DNA of 41,757 nt, from positions 1 to 41,757 of the forward strand of contig JAVRCV020000018.1 in NCBI GenBank assembly GCA_034530615.2, given 5' to 3'. Each line of letters begins with the position of its first letter. The first letter of the stretch is position 1. Positions 27,861 to 38,872 of this stretch are shown one piece after another. Both the position numbers and the translations under genes were made by a program. This DNA is from Aulosira sp. ZfuVER01 (GTDB lineage: Bacteria; Cyanobacteriota; Cyanobacteriia; Cyanobacteriales; Nostocaceae). Below the pieces are notes generated by a model. It saw only the letters and a program-made list of their open reading frames with translations. It had not been told where the DNA came from and did not search any database.

Positions 27861-30851
27861 ATGCGCGATCGCTTAAAATACTTCTTATTGGTAGCTGTCA
27901 TACTCCCCCTGCTGTGCTTATGTCCCTTACCCGCCATACTCTCTCCACTGACAGCACAAGCCCAAACGCCGCAAGACCGCAAAGCTGAGGCTGTACGGCT
28001 TTATAATTTAGGTCTGCAACAGTTCGATCGCGGACAGTATCCTGAAGCTTTAAAGTCCTACGAGCAAGCTTTAGCAATTATTAGAGAAATTAAATATCTT
28101 CAAGGTGAAGCGGTAATTTTGAATGAGGTTAGCGCTGTTTACCGCAAATTAGGACAATATCCCAAAGCTATAGAAATTTTGGAACAAGCTTTAGTCATTG
28201 TCAAACAAACAGGCGATCGCGCTGGTGAAGGTGCAATGATTAATAATATTGGCTTGGTTTACCGTTATTTAGGGCAGTATACCAAGGCTTTAGATTACTT
28301 TCAGCGAGCTTTAGCCATTACCAAAGAAGTTGGAAGTAAAGCACAGCAAGCATCAATCCTCAGCAATATTGGCTCAATATACGACAGACAGGGAAAGTAT
28401 CCTCAAGCATTGGATTTACTCCAGCAAGCTTTAGCAATTCATCAAGAAGTTGGGAATAAACCTGAGCAAGCAACAGTTTTCAACGATTTGGGGTCAGTTT
28501 ACCAAAGTTTGGGGGAATACAATAAAGCATTAGAATTTTATCAGCAAGCCTACGCCATTCATAAAGAACTTGGTCATAAAGCTGAGGAAGCAATCAACCT
28601 CAACAATATTGGCTCAATTTATTACGACTTGGCACAGTATCCTAAAGCCTTGGAATTCTATCAGCAAGCTTTAGCTATTAGTAAACAAATTGGCGATCAA
28701 GCACAGCAAGGAACAACGCTGAATAATATTGGTTTAACTTATAATGATTTGGCAGAGTATACCAAAGCATTGGAGTATTTTCAGCAATCTTTAGCTATTG
28801 ATAAAAAAATTGGTAATAAAGCTGGAGAAGGGGTAGTTCTTAATAATATTGGTTCTGTTTATCGCAACTTAGGACAGTATGCTAAATCATTAGATTTTCT
28901 TCAGCAAGCTTTAGTAATTCGTAAACAAATTGGTGATAAAGCAGGGGAAGGTACAAATATTGGTAATATTGGAGAAATTTACCGCAATTTAGGACAACAT
29001 CCCCAAGCACTGCAATATTTTCAACAAGCTTTAGCGATTCAAAAGCAAATTGGCGATAAAGCGGGAGAAGGAACAACTCGCAATAATATTGGCGAAGCTT
29101 ACCGCGAATTAAAAGAGTATGAAAAAGCTTTGGAATATCTTCAGCCAGCTTTAGTACTCCGCAAACAAATCGGTGATAAATCCGGAGAAGGACAGACTCT
29201 CAACAATATTGGAGAACTGTACCGCAATTTAGAAAAGTACGATCGCGCCTTAGACTATTTTCAACAATCTTTAGCGATCAACAAACAAATTGGCGATAAA
29301 GCTGCGGAAGCAGGAAATGTCAATAATATTGGCGAAGTTTACCGTAACTTAGGACAATATGCTAAAGCCTTAGAATACTTTCAACAAGCTTTAGCCATTG
29401 TCAGAAAAATTGGTGACAAGGTAGGAGAAGGGAAAACTCTCAACAATATTGGATTAATTTACAATCGTCAAAGCCAATATCCTGAAGCTGAAAAAACTCT
29501 CTTTGCTGCTGTCGAAATTTGAGAGTCTTTACGACCAGGATTAACTGATACTCAGAAAATTTCATTGTTTGAAAACCAGACAATTACCTACCGTTCGCTA
29601 CAACAAAGCTTGGTATCTCAGAATAAGATTAATTCTGCACTAGAAGTAGCCGATCGCGCTAGAGCTAGAGCCTTTGTTGAGTTATTAGCCTCGAAACAAT
29701 TAGAGAAGCCAAATGCTCAATTAAATATCAAACCTTTAAAAATTGCAGAAATTCAAAATATTGCTAAACAAGAAAATGCAACGCTTGTGCAATACTCAAC
29801 TTTAGAGGACAAGTTACTTTATATTTGGGTAGTCCAACCTACAGGCAAAATTTCTTTTGAGCAAGTTAATCTGTACAATTCCCTCAAATCTTCTTCTTCT
29901 CTAAAAAACCTTGTGTTTAACAGCCGCAGAGGAATCGGTGCAAGAGGTAGAGGTGTTTATGTTGAATCTACATCTGGCAATAAACAAAATCAAGGTAATC
30001 AAAATTCACAATTAAATAAACTCTATGAAATCCTCATTAAACCAATTGCTCAATATCTTCCTACAGATCCTAACGCTCGTGTAATCTTCATTCCCCAAGA
30101 ATCGCTGTTTCTTGTACCATTTCCCGCATTACAAGACAACCAAGGCAAATATTTAATCGATAAACATACTATCTTGACTGCACCAGCAATTCAAGTTTTG
30201 GATCTCACCCGCAAACAGAAACAAAACCTTAAGCAGCCTACAAAAGATGTCTTGATAGTCGGTAATCCTACCATGCCGAAGCTTCCCATTGATAATGAAC
30301 AGTTACCACCTCTACCGGGTGCGGAAGAAGAAGCAATTAAAATTGCAGATTTATTGAAAACGCCGGCGATTATTGGTAACAAAGCCACCGAGACAGCGAT
30401 GGTAGAAAAGATGAAGCAAGCTAATATTGTTCACTTTGCTACCCACGGCTTACTTGATGATTTTAAAGGCTTGGGTGTACCAGGTGCGATCGCTCTTGCA
30501 CCTGGTGGTAAAGATGACGGTTTGCTGACATCTGGCGAAATTTTAGACATGAAACTCAAAGCCGAACTAGTTGTACTCAGTGCTTGTAACACTGGAGGTG
30601 GTAATATTACAGGCGATGGTGTGATTGGCTTATCACGCTCTCTCATTACCGCCGGAGCCAAGAGTGTGATTGTTTCGCTTTGGTCTGTACCCGACAATTC
30701 CACCGCATTATTGATGACTGAGTTTTATCGCCAACTCCAACATAATTCTGATAAAGCAGCAGCGCTAAGACAAGCAATGTTGACTACGAGACAACAGTAT
30801 AGCAATCCTGTTGACTGGGCTGCATTTACTCTCATTGGGGAAGCAGAGTAA
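27861..30851 (+). pseudogene. TPR + CHAT (caspase-like) protein interrupted by one in-frame TGA at 29520-29522
   Basis: ORFs 27861-29522 and 29565-30851 share a frame; reading through gives AAVEI*ESLRPGLTDTQKISLFENQ; 40-aa TPR repeats; CHAT HFATHG and LSAC dyad intact. Confidence 0.85.
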
Positions 30852-30855
30852 TACA

Positions 30856-30887
30856 ATTTTGGATTTTGGATTTTGGATTTTAGATTG
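30856..30887. repeat. STRR heptamer tract (TTTTGGA)n
   Basis: AATTTTGGATTTTGGATTTTGGATTTTAGATT. Confidence 0.85.
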
Positions 30888-30908
30888 ACCACAAGCAGAA
30901 AAACACAC

Positions 30909-31412
30909 ATGAAACGCATTATTAAATTAGTAACTTTTGCTGTCGCTAGCGTTGCCATATCTATGCAAATCGTATCTGCTCAACCTAATACCAAGCCAGC
31001 AGCCGATCCGCGCATCAAAGACGCACTCGATAAAATAGGTGCTAAATATGAAATAATCTCTGATGAGGATTTTAAATTATTAGTAGAAACAGAAAATAAA
31101 AGAAGCCAAGTCGTATTTATTGAGTCTAAAACTGAGAAACTTGGTAATTTAGAAATTCGCTATATTTCATCTCCAGGGTATATATCCAAGGGTTCATTTT
31201 CAGCAGATATTGCCAATAAGTTATTACAAAATAGCGGTCTGAATAAAATAGCTGCTTGGCAAGTGTTTACAAAAGACCAGACACAAATGGCTGTATTTAC
31301 TGCCAAAATTGCAGTGAATAGCGATCCTGAAACTATTAAAAATACTCTGTTGGCTGTGGGATATGGTGCAGATGCTATGGAAAAAGAATTAACAGGCAAG
31401 GATGAATTGTAG
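30909..31412 (+). CDS. Secreted hypothetical protein, possibly YbjN / chaperone-like fold
   Basis: Signal peptide MKRIIKLVTFAVASVAISMQIVSA; ATG at 30909; fold guess is inference. Confidence 0.7.
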   Translation: MKRIIKLVTFAVASVAISMQIVSAQPNTKPAADPRIKDALDKIGAKYEIISDEDFKLLVETENKRSQVVFIESKTEKLGNLEIRYISSPGYISKGSFSADIANKLLQNSGLNKIAAWQVFTKDQTQMAVFTAKIAVNSDPETIKNTLLAVGYGADAMEKELTGKDEL

Positions 31413-31455
31413 TCAAGGGATACTTGAATAAAGTTGAAAAAATTAACGATAGGGG

Positions 31456-31614
31456 ATGGATTTGAGTGGAGCTAATTTGCCCGAAATTAACTTGAGTCAA
31501 GCTAATTTTGCTGAAGCCAACCTTAGTAGCGCTAATTTGTGCGGAGCCGATTTGAGGAATGCTTGGCTCCATCAAGTTAACTTGGAAGGGGCTAACTTGT
31601 CCCAGCCACAGTGA
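31456..31614 (+). pseudogene. Pentapeptide-repeat gene remnant (52 codons)
   Basis: [53 protein letters not shown](N/D)Lxx periodicity, ends abruptly. Confidence 0.75.
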
Positions 31615-31720
31615 GACTACAGAACTTTAGAAGCATGAGGGTTAGCAAACTGGATAAATAGGCGTATTTTTGCTTAAAAAAATGATAAAAACAGGGTTTA
31701 TGAGTTGTGAAGCTAAAATA

Positions 31721-31920
31721 CGAATCAGAAACTTAATTTGCGAGTCAGAAACTTAATTTGCGAGTCAGAAACTTAATTTGCGAGTCGCAAACTTAATTTG
31801 CGAATCAGAAACTTAATTTGCGAATCAGAAACTTAATTTGCGAGTCGGAAACTTAATTTGCGAATCAGAAACTTAATTTGCGAGTCAGAAACTTAATTTA
31901 CGAGTCGCAAAAGTTGATTG
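31721..31920. repeat. Tandem array of 20-bp units (nine near-perfect, one degenerate)
   Basis: Consensus CGARTCRSAAACTTAATTTG starting every 20 nt from 31721 to 31901; no spacers. Confidence 0.97.
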
Positions 31921-31977
31921 AAGGAGCGATCGCACTGTGAAAATAGCCAGTATCCTCAAGCGCGATCGCTCTGGCTT

Positions 31978-32610
31978 TTAATCATTGATTTCCAATAACC
32001 CAGGTGGGGGTGTAACTTCAATTCGACGGGCTTGTATGTCTACTACAGGTGCGATCGCTTCCACAAAGGGAATTAAAACTTTCTTGTGTTTTTTGTCAGG
32101 CGCAAATCCAGGGTGTAACTCCACTTCCAATAAATCATGGCCAGTGGGAATTATATCTACCACTGTGCCCACAAGTTCACCCGATGCTTGCAAAAAGACT
32201 TCCAAGCCAATCAAATCGGGAACATAAAATTCATCTTCTGCCAATTGGGGGCGATCGCTTATTGGCACCATTAATTTAGAATCACGCAATTCCTCTGCTT
32301 GGTTGCGATTTTCCACGCCAGCTAATTTGATCGCATACAAATTTTTGTTTTCAATGTAGCGCCCTTCCAGTAATTCTATTGGTTGAGGTTCTGTCTCACC
32401 CGGACGCAACAACCAGCGTGTTCCCGCTACCTCAAATCGTTCCGGGAAGTCGGTATTTGGATAAACTCGCAACTCCCCAGATAGCCCTTGAGCTGCAACA
32501 ATCTTACCAATCTCTAGCCAATCATCCAATTTTAGATTTTGGATTTTGGATTTTGGATTAGTCTCTTTTTTCCTTTCTTTCTTCGCGTTCTTCGTGTCTT
32601 CGCGGTTCAT
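31978..32610 (-). CDS. rimM: Ribosome maturation factor RimM
   Basis: IGKIVAAQGLSGELRV, EDEFYVPDLIGLEV, LIPFV, PPPGLL; N-terminal extension is repeat-derived. Confidence 0.95.
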   Translation of the reverse strand: MNREDTKNAKKERKKETNPKSKIQNLKLDDWLEIGKIVAAQGLSGELRVYPNTDFPERFEVAGTRWLLRPGETEPQPIELLEGRYIENKNLYAIKLAGVENRNQAEELRDSKLMVPISDRPQLAEDEFYVPDLIGLEVFLQASGELVGTVVDIIPTGHDLLEVELHPGFAPDKKHKKVLIPFVEAIAPVVDIQARRIEVTPPPGLLEIND

Positions 32611-32640
32611 TCCCAGTATTTAACAGTAAACATTTGAAAT

Positions 32641-32818
32641 TAGGGGATTGGGCATGGGGCATTGGGCAAACAAGGAGTGTGGGAAGTGTGGGAGGATGGG
32701 GAAGACGGGGGAGCTAATAAAGAAAGTGTGGTTCGTTTCTTCCCTCTCTCCTCTCTCCCCACACTCCCCTCCCTATCTCATCTCTCTTGTCCCCCTTCCC
32801 TTCCCTCCCTTCTCTGCC
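32641..32818. repeat. G-rich and C-rich STRR arms in inverted orientation
   Basis: GGGGATTGGGCATGGGGCATTGGG...GTGTGGGAAGTGTGGGAGG opposite CTCCCCACACTCCCCTCCC... Confidence 0.6.
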
Positions 32819-32819
32819 C

Positions 32820-34103
32820 TTAAGCACTCACAGTTGCACGCTGATAAACTTGTTCAACCACCTTAGCCAAACGTCGCATCCCAGTAACTAACTCCTCATC
32901 GCTACCGGTAAGACTAATGCGTAGACATTGCTGTTTGTGCGCCCACTCTTCCTTTAAACCAGGGAAGAAGGTACTACCAGGTACAACAATTACACCGACT
33001 TGTTTCAATTCTTGGTAGAATTCCCAATCGGTAATTGGTAAATCTTCTAACCACAACCAAGCAAATATCGCACCTTCACCGCGATGGAGGAACCAAGGTA
33101 AATCCTTGGGCATAGATGCATCTAATGTATTTTCTAATACACTAAACTTGTTTTGGTAGAATGGGCGGATGACTTGTTCGGCAATTTCAGCTAAGGCTCC
33201 AGAGTTAATAGCACGAGCTGCGATCGCTTGCCCATAACGCGACGAATGCAAGCTAGCATTGGTTTGAAATGACTCGAGAACTTGAATAATCCGTTCATTA
33301 CCAATCGCAATCCCAATTCTTTCCCCTGGTAGCCCAGCCTTAGATAAGCTAGTGCAATGAACAATATTTTCGCCAAAGATCAGCGACATATCCGTAAAAT
33401 TCAGTGCTGGGAAGGGAGGCGCATAAGCTGAATCAATAAACACTGGCACATCGTAAGGTGCAGCTAGGGCGGCAATTTTTCTTACCTCTTCATCGGTAAG
33501 CACATTACCTGTAGGGTTGCAGGGACGAGAGACAATCACGCAACCAGTGCTTTCTGTAATTGACAGTTGGCTGAAGTCGGGACGGTATTTAAATCTGTGG
33601 GCAGGTGCGTCAATATCTAGGGCTGGTTTATAAGCAATTAATGCTTCTGGAACTAAGCAGATTCCACCATAACCTGTGTAGTCGGGGCTGAGAGGTAAGA
33701 CGATTTGCTTGAGTTCACCAGTGGTAGTGTAACCACCAAAGGCATTGGCAGCGTAGAAGTAGAGAGTTTGACTACCAGGAGTAATTAAAATATTGCGAGA
33801 AGTTAAATTTAACCCGTAGCGCCGATTAAAATCATTAGCGATCGCTTCAATTAATGGTGCGTAACCTTGACTCGAACCGTAACGACAAACAACCTCACCA
33901 TATTCCGAGCTAGCGAGTAAATCTGCTGTACAATCGCGCCATAATCTCTCTACGGCGGGCAAAATCAACGGATTACCCGCACTCAAATTAATTAATTCCT
34001 GCCCTGCGCCAGATTGCAATGTTTCGATAATATCCTTCATAATTGCTCGAACGCCTGTCAGGTTGGACATTTGAGCGCCAATTTTCGTAAGGGCAGGATT
34101 CAT
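32820..34103 (-). CDS. avtA: Valine--pyruvate aminotransferase
   Basis: NLSAGNP, LPLSPDYTGY, FKYRPDF, SRPCNPTGNV, IDSAY, SLSKAGLPGERIG, GAIFAWLW. Confidence 0.93.
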   Translation of the reverse strand: MNPALTKIGAQMSNLTGVRAIMKDIIETLQSGAGQELINLSAGNPLILPAVERLWRDCTADLLASSEYGEVVCRYGSSQGYAPLIEAIANDFNRRYGLNLTSRNILITPGSQTLYFYAANAFGGYTTTGELKQIVLPLSPDYTGYGGICLVPEALIAYKPALDIDAPAHRFKYRPDFSQLSITESTGCVIVSRPCNPTGNVLTDEEVRKIAALAAPYDVPVFIDSAYAPPFPALNFTDMSLIFGENIVHCTSLSKAGLPGERIGIAIGNERIIQVLESFQTNASLHSSRYGQAIAARAINSGALAEIAEQVIRPFYQNKFSVLENTLDASMPKDLPWFLHRGEGAIFAWLWLEDLPITDWEFYQELKQVGVIVVPGSTFFPGLKEEWAHKQQCLRISLTGSDEELVTGMRRLAKVVEQVYQRATVSA

Positions 34104-34262
34104 AGGCTGTGACAAAATATAGATTTATCTAGAGTATTGACCAATTCTTATTGGGGAGATGCTGCTAGTACAAGGTTTACGTTGTTGCGCAAACAGCTAT
34201 TTCCACCTTTAATTAATCTAACTAGAGAATGACATTTTAACAAAGTCAGAATCTTTTTTGAA

Positions 34263-34417
34263 TAAAGGCAGAAGGCAGGAGGCAGAAGGAACAATTAGTG
34301 AAGGAAAAGTTCCCCAGCATAAAGCCACTGCCAATCCTTAGCATTGAAGACTTCAAGCTCATACGGCAAAAGCTTATCTCAAAACTTATTCTTTCCTTCT
34401 GCCCTCTGCCTTCTTTA
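34263..34417. mobile_element. STRR-armed inverted-repeat (MITE-like) element
   Basis: TAAAGGCAGAAGGCAGGAGGCAGAAGGA ... TCCTTCTGCCCTCTGCCTTCTTTA. Confidence 0.6.
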
Positions 34418-34516
34418 GGAAAAGATTGCAGAAAAGTTACAAAAAATTTCTTCGCCCAATCTCCGATATACACTCAAATAGCTATTTGAGAAAACTCTAG
34501 ACAAGAGGGCTAACGT

Positions 34517-35626
34517 GTGGAAGTTAAAGCCGCAGTAGCTTACGGCGCAGGTAAGCCATTAACGATAGAAACCGTTCAATTATCGGGGCCACAAGCTGGG
34601 GAAGTGTTGGTGGAAATTAAAGCCAGCGGTGTTTGCCATACCGATGCTTTTACCCTTTCTGGTGACGATCCTGAAGGTTTGTTTCCCGCCATCTTAGGAC
34701 ATGAAGGCGCGGGTGTGGTGGTGGAGGTGGGTGCTGGTGTTACCAGTGTAAAACCAGGCGATCGCGTAATTCCCCTTTACACTCCAGAATGTCGCCAGTG
34801 TGAATATTGTCTCAGCCTCAAAACTAATCTCTGCCAAGCCATTCGCCCTACCCAAGGACGCGGTGTGATGCCCGATGGCACCAGTCGCTTTAGTATTGAT
34901 GGGCAGATGATTCATCATTATATGGGTACATCCACCTTTGCAAACTATACAGTGTTGCCCGAAATTGCCGTTGCCAAAATTCGGGAGGATGCCCCATTTG
35001 ATAAGGTTTGTTACATTGGCTGCGGTGTGACAACGGGTATTGGTGCAGTGATTTATACAGCCAAAGTAGAACCTGGTGCAAAAGTAATAGTTTTTGGCTT
35101 AGGTGGTATTGGCTTAAATGTCATCCAAGGGGCGCGGCTGGTAGGAGCTGAGATGATTGTTGGGGTAGATATTAATCCCAGCAAACGCGCCTTAGCAGAA
35201 AAGTTTGGCATGACGCACTTCGTCAACCCCAAGGAAGTAGAAGGTGATTTAGTCCCCTACTTAGTGGACTTAACCAAAGGCGGCGCTGATTACACCTTTG
35301 AATGTATTGGTAATGTCAAAGTAATGCGTCAAGCCTTAGAATGCTGTCACAAAGGTTGGGGCGTGAGTGTAATTATTGGTGTGGCGGGTGCGGGACAGGA
35401 AATTAGTACTCGCCCGTTTCAACTAGTAACTGGACGTGTTTGGAAAGGTTCAGCATTCGGTGGCGCTAGAGGACGTACAGATGTGCCAAAAATTGTTGAT
35501 TGGTATATGAATGGGAAGATAAATATTGATGATTTGATTACCCATGTCATGCCAATTGAGCAAATTAATGATGCATTTGAATTAATGCACAAAGGTGAAT
35601 CAATTCGCAGCGTTGTGACGTTTTAA
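34517..35626 (+). CDS. frmA: S-(hydroxymethyl)glutathione dehydrogenase / class III alcohol dehydrogenase
   Basis: [62 protein letters not shown]. Confidence 0.97.
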   Translation: MEVKAAVAYGAGKPLTIETVQLSGPQAGEVLVEIKASGVCHTDAFTLSGDDPEGLFPAILGHEGAGVVVEVGAGVTSVKPGDRVIPLYTPECRQCEYCLSLKTNLCQAIRPTQGRGVMPDGTSRFSIDGQMIHHYMGTSTFANYTVLPEIAVAKIREDAPFDKVCYIGCGVTTGIGAVIYTAKVEPGAKVIVFGLGGIGLNVIQGARLVGAEMIVGVDINPSKRALAEKFGMTHFVNPKEVEGDLVPYLVDLTKGGADYTFECIGNVKVMRQALECCHKGWGVSVIIGVAGAGQEISTRPFQLVTGRVWKGSAFGGARGRTDVPKIVDWYMNGKINIDDLITHVMPIEQINDAFELMHKGESIRSVVTF

Positions 35627-35731
35627 TTGTTAGATTTTGATTAAGGTGGGCATTGCTTACCAAAATAGTGCTGAGTACCGAGTAACGAGTAATAAGTGAG
35701 ATCCCCACTTAGGACTCAGTACTCAGTCTCA

Positions 35732-35766
35732 GATGGTGCGTTAGCCTGCGGCATAACACACCCTAC
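35732..35766. repeat. REP-like palindrome
   Basis: GATGGTGCGTTA-GCCTGCGGCA-TAACACACCCTAC; arms identical to the copy at 18308. Confidence 0.75.
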
Positions 35767-35848
35767 CAAAATACTAAATTCTGCCTACTTTTCATAATTA
35801 CGAATTACAAATTACGAATTACGAATGCAAAAAACTTAGGAGAGTTAA

Positions 35849-36508
35849 ATGGTTACTACCAGTGAAGCGATAAACAGCACTCCTACAGAAAAACCACTTG
35901 CAGAAAAGCGTGTCACGCTTCATAACATCAGTTGGGGTGCTTATGAGCAAATTCTTGATGCTTTGGGCGATAACCGAGCAGCCCGACTCACATATTACAA
36001 CGGTATGTTGGAGATTATGACTCCGTTAGAAGAACATGAAACTAGTAGCGAAAATATTGGGATGTTGATTCAAATTTTAACTGAGGAACTCAATCTCAAT
36101 ATTAAAAGCATGGCTTCTACGACCTTAAAAATGCCAAAGTCAAAAATTGGTGCAGAACCTGATAAATGTTACTACATTCAAAATGAGCCTGCTGTGCGAG
36201 GTAAAACAGTAGACTTAGCAGTAGATCCACCTCCAGACTTTATTTTAGAAGTAGATATCACTCATACAGATATTAATAAAAAACAAATGTATCAAGAAAT
36301 GAAAGTTCCAGAATTTTGGCGCTATAACGGTACAAGTTTAACTATTTATTTGTTGGCGCAAGGTGAATATCAAGAATCAGCAACTAGCGCGACATTTCCG
36401 ATATTGACTAAATCAATGGTTTACGATTTTTTAGCACAATCCAAAACGCAGGGAGAAACTCAGACTAAACGTGCTTTTCGTGCCATGCTGCGAGAACAAC
36501 TTCAGTAA
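35849..36508 (+). CDS. Uma2 family (PD-(D/E)xK) endonuclease-like protein
   Basis: ISWGAYEQI, LEIMTPLEEHE, EPDKCYY, PPPDFILEVDIT, VPEFWRY; AGGAG RBS. Confidence 0.92.
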   Translation: MVTTSEAINSTPTEKPLAEKRVTLHNISWGAYEQILDALGDNRAARLTYYNGMLEIMTPLEEHETSSENIGMLIQILTEELNLNIKSMASTTLKMPKSKIGAEPDKCYYIQNEPAVRGKTVDLAVDPPPDFILEVDITHTDINKKQMYQEMKVPEFWRYNGTSLTIYLLAQGEYQESATSATFPILTKSMVYDFLAQSKTQGETQTKRAFRAMLREQLQ

Positions 36509-36679
36509 TAGTGAGTGCGATCGCTCTTATGTTCTCGAAAAGGCAAATTGCTTTAGTTGATGACAAAATGCAGAAAGCAGAAAGCCAGCCAGGGCGGTGA
36601 ATCTAGCATTACAGGTGGGTTTTCAGGTAGCTTGATGCGTTACGCTAAATCTTACGCTTGCTAAATTTGTACTGTCTCA

Positions 36680-37522
36680 ATGACTAATCTCCAACTCACC
36701 TCAGAATATAAATGCTTTGGTGGCAAAGTCGGCTTTTATTCTCACTTCTCCTCAACCTGTAATGGAGAAATGCGTTTTGCTATCTATCAACCACCGCAAG
36801 CTAGTCAAGAACCTGTACCAATTCTTTATTTCCTCTCCGGTTTGACTTGTACGGAAGAGAATTTTATTGTCAAAGCCGGGGCGCAACGCTACGCGGTGGA
36901 GTACGGTTTGATGCTAGTTGCACCAGATACTAGCCCTCGCAATACTGGTATTCCTGGTGAAGATGATGATTGGGATTTTGGTACAAGTGCGGGTTTTTAT
37001 GTTGATGCTACAGCACAGCCTTGGCGATCGCACTACCAAATGTATAGTTATGTCGTCCAAGAATTACCTGCTTTAATTACCGCAAAATTTCCTGTCCAAG
37101 CTGAAAAACAAGGCATTTTTGGTCATTCAATGGGGGGACATGGGGCTTTGGTATGTGCAATGCGCAATCCCCAGTTATATAAATCTGTCTCAGCTTTTGC
37201 TCCCATCACTGCACCTACACGCTGTGCTTGGGGTCAAAAAGCATTTAGTGGTTATTTAGGAACTAATCAAGAAGCTTGGCGGAGCTATGACGCTAGTGAA
37301 TTAGTCAAGCAAGTGGGGTATCATAGCCCCATTCTGATCGATCAAGGGACTGCTGATAAATTTTTAGCCGACCAATTACTACCAGAAGTGTTTGCACAAG
37401 CTTGTGCAGAAGTGCAGCAGCCCCTAAACTTGCGTTATCAAGAAGGCTATGACCATAGTTATTATTTTATTGCCAGTTTTATTGAAGACCACATTCGCCA
37501 TCATGCGATCGCTTTAAGTTGA
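36680..37522 (+). CDS. fghA: S-formylglutathione hydrolase
   Basis: [42 protein letters not shown]. Confidence 0.96.
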   Translation: MTNLQLTSEYKCFGGKVGFYSHFSSTCNGEMRFAIYQPPQASQEPVPILYFLSGLTCTEENFIVKAGAQRYAVEYGLMLVAPDTSPRNTGIPGEDDDWDFGTSAGFYVDATAQPWRSHYQMYSYVVQELPALITAKFPVQAEKQGIFGHSMGGHGALVCAMRNPQLYKSVSAFAPITAPTRCAWGQKAFSGYLGTNQEAWRSYDASELVKQVGYHSPILIDQGTADKFLADQLLPEVFAQACAEVQQPLNLRYQEGYDHSYYFIASFIEDHIRHHAIALS

Positions 37523-37597
37523 ATTTTTCCTGCATCCCTGCGTCGGCTGATCCAAAGGTTAGGTACTTATAAAAATTACAAATTACAAATTTAAACG

Positions 37598-37903
37598 CTA
37601 CACTACACCAGCTTGAAAAATCTGAATTGGGGTGAGATTCAATTCTGGAAAAGTTTGGGAGACTATAACATCACGATCTCGAAACTTACTTATCTGATAT
37701 TCTCCATCCACTAAGTTACAGACAGAGATTGTCGGTTGTTTGGGGTTGCCGATAAAATTGCGTCCACCCAACGCCGCATAGTCTATAATCCAGTATTCCG
37801 GGATACCCATCTCTTCATAATCAGCATATTTTAAATGGTAATCGTCCCGCCAGTTGGTTGATACAATCTCAATTTCTAGTAAATTTTTTGGGCGTTGCTC
37901 CAT
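37598..37903 (-). pseudogene. 5'-truncated Uma2 family gene
   Basis: Only the C-terminal half is present: EIVSTNWRDDY...YEEMGIPEYWIID...SQTFPEL. Confidence 0.75.
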
Positions 37904-37960
37904 AGGTTGTGTCAGTTGTAAAGTGAGATTACCGTATACTTATACCTAGAGGAGACAGTC

Positions 37961-38872
37961 ATGTCTGCAAAGCAACCTTTAGTAATTGACTGTGCAGATT
38001 GGAAAAATCTTCTGGCAAATCCGCCCCTCCTTACCAGTTTTCAATCAGGTTGGAATAACATTCATCTTGCCCATCTCCGCCAACCATCAATTGATCTTCC
38101 TGAAGTATCTAGCCCTCAACACACCATCTTTATTGCAATAGGACATCAGACAGTTGATTTAGAGATTATCACAGAGGGACGCTTGCAAAAAATCTCGTTT
38201 AGGGACAATGACTATACCAGTGGGTGTATTGGAATCTTTCCTGCTGCTCTACCGTTTAAGATTCATACTACTTCAACTGTTAACGCAATAGAAATGATTC
38301 AGTGTTATCTAGAGCCTGCATTCTTGGCTCAAATAGCGTATGAATCAGTGAATCCCGATCGCGTCGAACTATTGCTGATCCCCAAAAAAGCTGATTTGTT
38401 GATCCAGCAGATTGGTCTGGCACTCAAGGCAAGTTTAGAGGTGGATGGGGTGGGCAGTTGTTTCTACGCTGATTCAATGGCAACAGCGCTATCAGCTCAT
38501 CTGATACGCCATTACTCTACACGCACTCATCGGTTTCAAGACTATGAGGATGGGTTGTCTAAACAAAAGCTCAAGCGAGCAATTGAGTATATGCAGATAC
38601 ATTTGGGCGAGGATCTATCCTTAAATGATATTGCGAATGAACTTGGAATGAGCCAGTACTACTTCTGCCATCTATTCAAGCGCTCGACGGGTATGTCTCC
38701 TCATCAATATCTGATTCGGCAACGAGTAGAACGGGCAAAGCAGTTACTTAAGCAACCAGAACTAACCGTTGCCTCAATCGCAATGGAGTGTGGTTTCGCC
38801 AGTCAGAGCCATTTTGCCAAGTATTTTCGTCAATTTACAGGGATGAACCCGAACCAGTTTCGCAAGTTTTAG
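37961..38872 (+). CDS. AraC family transcriptional regulator
   Basis: MSQYYFCHLFKRSTGMSPHQY...ECGFASQSHFAKYFRQFTGMNP double HTH; AGGAG RBS. Confidence 0.95.
   Translation: MSAKQPLVIDCADWKNLLANPPLLTSFQSGWNNIHLAHLRQPSIDLPEVSSPQHTIFIAIGHQTVDLEIITEGRLQKISFRDNDYTSGCIGIFPAALPFKIHTTSTVNAIEMIQCYLEPAFLAQIAYESVNPDRVELLLIPKKADLLIQQIGLALKASLEVDGVGSCFYADSMATALSAHLIRHYSTRTHRFQDYEDGLSKQKLKRAIEYMQIHLGEDLSLNDIANELGMSQYYFCHLFKRSTGMSPHQYLIRQRVERAKQLLKQPELTVASIAMECGFASQSHFAKYFRQFTGMNPNQFRKF

Noticed and set aside
28000..29500. 120-nt DNA periodicity as a separate repeat element
   Set aside because: Fully explained by 40-aa TPR coding repeats
29520..29522. Selenocysteine or alternative genetic code at the in-frame TGA
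   Set aside because: The context suggests Trp rather than Cys, no SECIS-like hairpin is evident, and other genes here use TGA as a normal stop
31721..31920. CRISPR array
   Set aside because: Units are head-to-tail with no unique spacers, and no cas genes are in the window
32648..32866. 72-aa ORF between rimM and avtA
   Set aside because: Low-complexity translation of G-rich and C-rich STRR arms
34246..34489. Short ORFs on both strands between avtA and frmA
   Set aside because: They are translations of the STRR-armed inverted repeat
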